DNA from: a bacterium
GTDB lineage: Bacteria > Krumholzibacteriota > Krumholzibacteriia > LZORAL124-64-63
Direction: 5' to 3'
Assembly (NCBI GenBank): GCA_031441465.1
Contig: JANOEP010000039.1
Location: 52,906-116,905, forward strand
Length of the DNA stretch: 64,000 bases
In this document: positions 58,190 to 64,000 of the stretch, piece after piece
How the letters are laid out: every line of letters begins with the position of its first letter
Numbering within the stretch: the stretch's first letter is position 1
Position numbers and translations under genes: made by a program
Notes under the pieces: generated by a model
Database searches by the model: none
Told to the model about the DNA's origin: nothing
Seen by the model: the letters and a program-made list of their open reading frames with translations, nothing else

Positions 58190-60847
58190 TTGAACGCCAA
58201 GCAAATCCGCGCCCGCTTCCTCGACTTCTACGCCGAGCGGGGCCACACCGTGGTCGCGTCCAGCTCCCTGGTGCCGCAGGACGACCCCACGCTGATCTTC
58301 ACCAACGCTGGCATGAACCAGTTCAAGGCCGTCTTCCTGGGTCTCGAGAAGCGCGACTACGTGCGGGCCGCCTCCTGCCAGAAGTGCATGCGCGTCAGCG
58401 GCAAGCACAACGACCTCGAGGAGGTCGGCCGCGACGCGCGCCACCACACCTTCTTCGAGATGCTCGGCAACTGGTCCTTCGGCGAGTACGGCAAGCGCGA
58501 GTCGCTGGAGTGGGGCTGGGATTTCCTGACCCGCGAGATGGGCCTCGACCCCGCGCGGCTGTGGGCGTCGGTCTACAAGGACGACGACGACGCCTACGCG
58601 ATCTGGCGGGACGTCATCAAGCTGCCGACCGAGCGCATCAGGCGCCTGGGCGACCTCGCGCAGGGCGACGAGGAGAACTTCTGGTCGATGGGCGACACCG
58701 GCCCCTGCGGCCCCTGCTCCGAGGTCTACATCGACCAGGGCGCGGACATGGCCTGCGACCACCCGCGGGGCTGCGCGCTGGGCGTCTGCGACTGCGACCG
58801 CTGGCTCGAGCTGTGGAACCACGTCTTCATGGAGTTCGACCGCGACGGGGCGGGCCGACTCAACCCGCTGCCGATGCTCAGCGTGGACACCGGCATGGGG
58901 CTCGAGCGCCTGGTGGCCGTGGCCCAGGGCGTGCGCAGCAACTTCCTGAGCGACCTGTTCACGCCGCTGATCGCGTTCGTGGCCGAGCTGTCGGGCCGCT
59001 CCCCCGAGGGCGAGGACCGCGTCTCGATGCAGGTCATCGCCGACCACGCCCGCGCCGTCACCTTCGCCGTGACCGACGGCGCCGCGCCCGGCAACGACGG
59101 CCGCGGCTACGTCGTGCGCCGCATCCTGCGCCGCGCGGCGCGCCACGGCCGCCGCCTCGAGCTGCGCGAACCCTTCCTGTGGCGCTGCGCCGAGGTGGTC
59201 GTGCGCGAGATGGGCGGCGCCTACCCCGAGCTGGTCGAGCGGCAGTCCCGCGTCATCGACGTGATCCGCCGCGAGGAAGAGCGCTTCAACCTGACGCTCG
59301 ACCGCGGCCTGCAGGTCTACGGGGAGATGCGCGACGCCGCGCGCGTCGCCGGCCGCGAGCGCCTCGACGGCGCCGACGCCTTCAAGCTGCACGACACCTT
59401 CGGTTTCCCGCTGGACCTGACGCGCGTGATCGCCGGCGAGGACGGCCTGGCCGTGGACGAGGCCGGCTTCACCGAGCACATGGAGCGCCAGCGCGCCGGC
59501 AGCGGCAAGGAGCGGCGCTTCATGGCGGGCGTCGGCGCCTGGTTGGCGGTCGGCGACGACGACCCGGCCGGCCGGCGCAGCGCCTTCACCGGCTACGGCA
59601 GCCTGCGTGAGGAAGCCCGCGCCCTGGGCGTGCGCTCCCTCGGCGACGGGCGCAGCCAGCTGCTCTGCGACCGCACCCCCTTCTACGCCGAATCGGGCGG
59701 CCAGCTCGGGGACAACGGCACGGTCACCCTGGCCGACGGCGCGTCCTTCACGGTCACCACGACCGTGGCCGACGAGGCCGGCCCGCTCGCGGTCGTCGTC
59801 GCCGACGCCGAGGATCTCGCCGCGCGCCTGCGCCGCGACCCGCGCGTCGTGCTGGCCGTGGGCCCGGACCGCGCCGCCACCATGCGCCACCACACCGCGA
59901 CGCACCTGCTGCACGCGGCCCTGCGCCAGGTCCTGGGCGAGCACGTGACCCAGGCCGGCAGCGAGGTCGGGCCGGACAAGCTGCGCTTCGACTTCCATCA
60001 CGACGGCGCCCTGGACGAGGCGCAGCTCGCCCGCGTCGAGGCGCTCGTCAACCGCGAGACCCTGGCCAACGGCGAGGTGCGCGTCCACGACGGGGTGCCC
60101 CTGGCCGAGGCCCGCGCCCGCGGCGCCATGGCCCTGTTCGGCGAGAAGTACGGCGAGACGGTGCGCATGATCGAGATCCCCGGGACCACGGCGGGCTTCT
60201 CGCTGGAACTGTGCGGCGGCACGCACGTCGCACGCACCGGCGACATCGGGCCGGTGCGCATCACGGCCGAAAGCAGCAGCGCCGCCGGCGTGCGCCGCCT
60301 GGAGGCGGTGGCCGGGGAGCGGGCGCTGGCGCTCGCCCGCCGCGACCGCGAGCAGCTCGCCGCGCTGCGCGGTCTGGTCCGCCAGGACGGCGAACCCGCC
60401 GAGCTGATGGCGGCCGTCATGCGCGAGCGGGACGAGCTGGCGCGCGAGCTGCGCCGGCTCAAGCAGCAATCGGCCGGCGACACGCTGGACGCGCTGCTGG
60501 GCGGCGCCGTCGAGGTCGCCGGCGTGCGCGTGCTCGCGGCCCGGGTCGCGGCCGAGGACCGGGACGCCCTGCTGGCGCTCGGCGACCGCGCCCGCGACGG
60601 GCTGGGCAGCGGCGTCGTCGCCCTGGCCGCGGAGTGGGAGGGCAAGGCGACCCTGCTGGTGACCGTCACCGCGGACCTCGTCGCCGGCAAGCGGCTGCAC
60701 GCCGGCAACCTGGTGAAGGCCGTCGCCGAGGGCGTCGGCGGCCGCGGCGGCGGCAAGCCGAACACGGCGCAGGCCGGCCTGCCCGACGGGACGGTCGACG
60801 CGGCCCTGGCGGCGGTGCCGGCGGCCGTCACCAGCGCCCTGGCTTAA
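58190..60847 (+). CDS. alaS: Alanine-tRNA ligase
   Basis: FTNAGMNQFK, HHTFFEMLGNWSFG, DTGMGLER, HTATHLLH, ELCGGTHV and GGRGGG. Confidence 0.98.
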   Translation: MNAKQIRARFLDFYAERGHTVVASSSLVPQDDPTLIFTNAGMNQFKAVFLGLEKRDYVRAASCQKCMRVSGKHNDLEEVGRDARHHTFFEMLGNWSFGEYGKRESLEWGWDFLTREMGLDPARLWASVYKDDDDAYAIWRDVIKLPTERIRRLGDLAQGDEENFWSMGDTGPCGPCSEVYIDQGADMACDHPRGCALGVCDCDRWLELWNHVFMEFDRDGAGRLNPLPMLSVDTGMGLERLVAVAQGVRSNFLSDLFTPLIAFVAELSGRSPEGEDRVSMQVIADHARAVTFAVTDGAAPGNDGRGYVVRRILRRAARHGRRLELREPFLWRCAEVVVREMGGAYPELVERQSRVIDVIRREEERFNLTLDRGLQVYGEMRDAARVAGRERLDGADAFKLHDTFGFPLDLTRVIAGEDGLAVDEAGFTEHMERQRAGSGKERRFMAGVGAWLAVGDDDPAGRRSAFTGYGSLREEARALGVRSLGDGRSQLLCDRTPFYAESGGQLGDNGTVTLADGASFTVTTTVADEAGPLAVVVADAEDLAARLRRDPRVVLAVGPDRAATMRHHTATHLLHAALRQVLGEHVTQAGSEVGPDKLRFDFHHDGALDEAQLARVEALVNRETLANGEVRVHDGVPLAEARARGAMALFGEKYGETVRMIEIPGTTAGFSLELCGGTHVARTGDIGPVRITAESSSAAGVRRLEAVAGERALALARRDREQLAALRGLVRQDGEPAELMAAVMRERDELARELRRLKQQSAGDTLDALLGGAVEVAGVRVLAARVAAEDRDALLALGDRARDGLGSGVVALAAEWEGKATLLVTVTADLVAGKRLHAGNLVKAVAEGVGGRGGGKPNTAQAGLPDGTVDAALAAVPAAVTSALA

Positions 60848-60928
60848 GGCGCCTTGTCGGGGAGCGCCCCGGCGTCTATCTTCTGCGGGATTGCGCAACG
60901 GCTAACCAGGAACGGAAGGGCTCGCAGC

Positions 60929-62269
60929 ATGGAGTTCAAGGCAGTCAAGATCCCCGCCGGCGACCTGATCGAGGCGCGCGACGGCAAGCTGGTCATCGGC
61001 GACAAGCCCATCATCGGCGTCCTGCGCGGCGACGGCATCGGGCTGGACATCACCCCGGTGATGGAGCGGGTCGTCGACGCGGCGGTCGCGAAGGCCTACG
61101 GCGGCAAGCGCAGCATCGCCTGGTGCCCGCTGTACGCCGGGCTCGAGGGACTGCACCACTACGGCAGCGAGTTCCCCGAGGAGACGGTCGAGGCCATCCG
61201 CCACCTGAAGATCGCCATCAAGGGGCCGTTCACCACGCCCATCGGCGAGGAGACCCACGTCTGCCTGCACTGCGCCCACCAGCAGTACCACGAGGGCAAG
61301 TGCGACGGCTGCGGCAAGGACGACGGCGTCTGCCCGCGTTTCCGCTCGATCAACGTGCGCTTCCGCCAGCACCTGGACCTGTACGCCTGCGTGCGCCCGG
61401 TGCGCTACTTCCCGGGCGTGCCCAGCCCCAACAAGTACGCCGACCAGGTGGACTTCGTGATCTTCCGCGAGAACACCGAGGACGTGTACGCGGGCCACGA
61501 CTTCGAGCGCGGCAGCGAGACGGCGCTCGCGGTCATCGACCTGATCAAGAAGATGACCGGCCGCCAGATCCGCCTGGACTCGGGCATCGGCATCAAGCCG
61601 ATCTCGGAGTTCGGCACCACGCGCCTCGTGCGCAAGGCGCTCGAGTGGGCGGTCAAGAACAAGCTGCCGTCGGTGACGATCGTCCACAAGGGCAACATCA
61701 TGAAGTTCACCGAGGGCAGCTTCGCGAAGTGGGGCTACGAGACGGCCGCGCGCGAGTTCCCCGACGACTTCGTCACCGAGAAGAAGCTCTGGGACGAGCT
61801 GGGCGGCAAGCTGCCCGCCGGCAAGATCCTGCTGAAGGACCGCATCGCCGACTCCATCTTCCAGCAGATCCAGACCCGTCCCGGCGAGTACAGCGTCATG
61901 GCGCTGCCGAACCTCAACGGCGACTACATGAGCGACGCCGCGATCGCCCTGGTCGGCGGCCTGGGCCTCGGGCCGGGCGCGAACATGAGCGACGAGGTGG
62001 CCCTGTTCGAGGCCACCCACGGCACCGCTCCGAAGTACACCGGGATGGACAAGGTCAACCCGGGCTCGCTGATCCTGTCGGCCGAGATGATGCTGCGCCA
62101 CATGCAGTGGACCGAGGCGGCCGACCTGATCCTGCACGGCACCGAAAAGGCCATCACCGACGGCCACGTGACCTACGACCTGGCCCGCCTGATGCAGGCC
62201 GAGGGCCGCCAGGGCGTCGTGGAGGTCAGCTGCAGCGGCTTCGGCGAGGCGATCGTGGCGCGGATGTAG
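60929..62269 (+). CDS. icd: NADP-dependent isocitrate dehydrogenase with a Cys-rich insertion
   Basis: GDGIG, IKGP.TTP, RENTED.Y, HKGNIMKFTEG, NLNGDY.SD and EATHGTAPKY. Confidence 0.95.
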   Translation: MEFKAVKIPAGDLIEARDGKLVIGDKPIIGVLRGDGIGLDITPVMERVVDAAVAKAYGGKRSIAWCPLYAGLEGLHHYGSEFPEETVEAIRHLKIAIKGPFTTPIGEETHVCLHCAHQQYHEGKCDGCGKDDGVCPRFRSINVRFRQHLDLYACVRPVRYFPGVPSPNKYADQVDFVIFRENTEDVYAGHDFERGSETALAVIDLIKKMTGRQIRLDSGIGIKPISEFGTTRLVRKALEWAVKNKLPSVTIVHKGNIMKFTEGSFAKWGYETAAREFPDDFVTEKKLWDELGGKLPAGKILLKDRIADSIFQQIQTRPGEYSVMALPNLNGDYMSDAAIALVGGLGLGPGANMSDEVALFEATHGTAPKYTGMDKVNPGSLILSAEMMLRHMQWTEAADLILHGTEKAITDGHVTYDLARLMQAEGRQGVVEVSCSGFGEAIVARM

Positions 62270-62325
62270 GGAACACCGACGAGTCTCTGTCCCTGATCGG
62301 CGGGTAGTGCCGCCGGATCCTCAGC

Positions 62326-62349
62326 GAGGCCGCCCTGCGGGGCGGCCTC
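62326..62349. terminator. Hairpin between convergent icd and kinase genes
   Basis: GAGGCCGCCC-TGCG-GGGCGGCCTC. Confidence 0.5.
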
Positions 62350-63844
62350 AGCCGTTGGCGGCGGCCGGCAGGTCGAAGCGGAAGGTCGTGCCGCCGCCCA
62401 CGCGGCTCTCGACGGTCAATTCGCCGCCGTGACCCATCACGATCTGGTGGGCGATCGACAGGCCGAGCCCGGAACCGGTGTTCCGGCTGCGGCTCTTGTC
62501 GGCCGTGTAGAACCGTTCGAAGACGTGCGGCAGGTCCTCGTTGCCGATCCCGATGCCCGTGTCGCCGACCTCGACCGCGATCCCCTCTTCCCGGCGCCGC
62601 AGCGTGACGCGCACCTCGCCGCCGGGGTGGTTGAACTTGATCGCGTTGTCCGTCAGGTTCTGCAGCACCTGCCCGATGCGCAGCGGATCGGCGTGGACCA
62701 GCGGCAAATCCGCTTCGGCGTCCATGCCCAGGTTGACGTGCGCCGCCAGGGCCCGCGACTCCAGCCGGCCGAGCACGTCCGCCGCCAACTCCTCGAGGGA
62801 GAACGCTTCGCGGCGGTACTCCGCCTGGCCGCTCTCGAGCCGGGTCAGCTCGAAGAGCCGCTCGATCAGGCCTTCCAGGTTGTCCAGGTTCGCGGTGATG
62901 GTGCGCAGATGGCGCTCGCGCTCCGCGTCGTCGAGTTCCTGCCCTCGCAGGGTCAGCGTCTCGACGTAGCCGCGCAGCGAGGCCATGGGCGTGCGCAGGT
63001 CGTGGGAGATGTTGGCCGTCAGCTGGCGGCGGTAGTCCTCGGACTGCCGGAGGCGGCCGATGACGCCCGTCAGGTGGTCCGCCATGCTGTTGAAGCTGCG
63101 TTCCAGCGCCCCGATCTCGTCGGCGGCGCGGCCGGGGGCGCGGTGACCGAAGTCGCCGTCGCGGAAGGCGGCCAGGTCCCGCGACAGCGCCCGGATGCGG
63201 CGGCTGACCCAGGTCAGGATCACCAGCCCGCCCAGGAAGGAAGACAGCAGGATGGCGACGGCGCCGCGCAGGTTGCGGGTGCGCTCGTCGCGCTCGATCT
63301 CCTCCATCGAGATGTTGATGGGCCGGAAGCTCGACACCAGCCAGGCGTCGGGCGCGGCCGTCGAGTCGCCGCCGGCGAAGATCGGCACCACGTCGTTGAT
63401 GCGGTTCTCGTAGGCGTCGATGGCGGCGGGGTAGGGGTAGCTCTCGAAGTCCCAGTCCTCGGCGGTCATCGAGTCCAGCAGGGTCGGGCTCACGTACACC
63501 AGCACCCGGCTGAGGCTGTCGGGCATGGTCGTGAAGCGCACCAGGCCGTCGGCGCCGATCAGCGCGACCTCGGCGTCGAAGCCGGCGACGGCCCGGCCGT
63601 AGGCGGCCAGGGCGTTCTCGGTCGCGGCGCGGTCGGCGAACAGCGGCGTCACGTGCACGGCGAGGCTCTCGGCTTCGGCCTCGCGCCGGTTGTCGTACCA
63701 CTGCTCCTCGCCCGGCAGCCAGAGCCCCTGGTTCATGGAGTGTTCGATCCACCAGGAATAGGTCAGGAACACGACCGACAGCAGCGCCAGGAACAGCAGG
63801 GCGATGCGGAAGTGCAGGGTGCGGTGGAAGGTCCAGCGGCTCAT
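62348..63844 (-). CDS. HAMP-domain sensor histidine kinase
   Basis: Two TM helices, HAMP (DEIG.L..SFN.M), SHDLRTP, NL.DNAIKF, DTGIGI and GSGLGL. Confidence 0.94.
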   Translation of the reverse strand: MSRWTFHRTLHFRIALLFLALLSVVFLTYSWWIEHSMNQGLWLPGEEQWYDNRREAEAESLAVHVTPLFADRAATENALAAYGRAVAGFDAEVALIGADGLVRFTTMPDSLSRVLVYVSPTLLDSMTAEDWDFESYPYPAAIDAYENRINDVVPIFAGGDSTAAPDAWLVSSFRPINISMEEIERDERTRNLRGAVAILLSSFLGGLVILTWVSRRIRALSRDLAAFRDGDFGHRAPGRAADEIGALERSFNSMADHLTGVIGRLRQSEDYRRQLTANISHDLRTPMASLRGYVETLTLRGQELDDAERERHLRTITANLDNLEGLIERLFELTRLESGQAEYRREAFSLEELAADVLGRLESRALAAHVNLGMDAEADLPLVHADPLRIGQVLQNLTDNAIKFNHPGGEVRVTLRRREEGIAVEVGDTGIGIGNEDLPHVFERFYTADKSRSRNTGSGLGLSIAHQIVMGHGGELTVESRVGGGTTFRFDLPAAANG

Positions 63845-63857
63845 GTTCCCCGTCCGG

Positions 63858-64000
63858 TCAGAATTCGTCGGTGAAGCGGTAGCCGATGCCCCACACCGTC
63901 AGGATGTAGCGGGGGCGGTTCGGGTTGGCTTCGATCTTGCCGCGCAGCCGGTTGACGTGCGAATTGACGGTGTGCTCGTAGACGTCGGAGTCCTGGTCCC
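63858..64000 (-). CDS. OmpR/PhoB-family response regulator (C-terminal fragment)
   Basis: Reads ...[41 protein letters not shown], a winged-helix end. Confidence 0.9.
   Translation of the reverse strand, partial: DQDSDVYEHTVNSHVNRLRGKIEANPNRPRYILTVWGIGYRFTDEF

Noticed and set aside
58740..58805. Cys cluster CDHPRGCALGVCDCDRW in AlaRS as a novelty
   Set aside because: A similar Cys-rich loop is common in bacterial AlaRS.

Overview
High-GC bacterial chromosome segment from a diderm organism (lipoproteins, two outer-membrane barrels). A link to the Krumholzibacteriota/Latescibacterota group is my inference, mainly from the C-terminal motif below. In order, the window holds: a partial divergent membrane pyrophosphatase; a group 3b NiFe hydrogenase operon with maturation protease, receiver, kinase and a stand-alone ACT protein; an apparently more AT-rich insert (AAA ATPase and a sulfotransferase broken at a G11 tract); hypABFCDE; housekeeping genes (dinB, glnA, wecB, alaS, icd); an AsnB-ACP-acyl ligase trio; a fused LeuC/LeuD-type dehydratase; a proline dehydrogenase/sarcosine oxidase-like operon; a six-gene synthase-type exopolysaccharide operon; an IS1/IS1595-like element whose ends coincide with the stop codons of both neighbours; a GH17 plus sugar symporter pair; a Cyc2-like cytochrome-porin with a pentaheme cytochrome; and a terminal two-component pair. 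The strongest unexplained signal is that four unrelated signal-peptide proteins all end in the same ~16-residue tail, [VT][PG]x[EG]xx[ST][WF][GS]xVK[AT]LY(S)R, which looks like a non-transmembrane protein-sorting signal. I saw no rRNA, tRNA or CRISPR array. All calls come from motif recognition by eye; no database searches were run.
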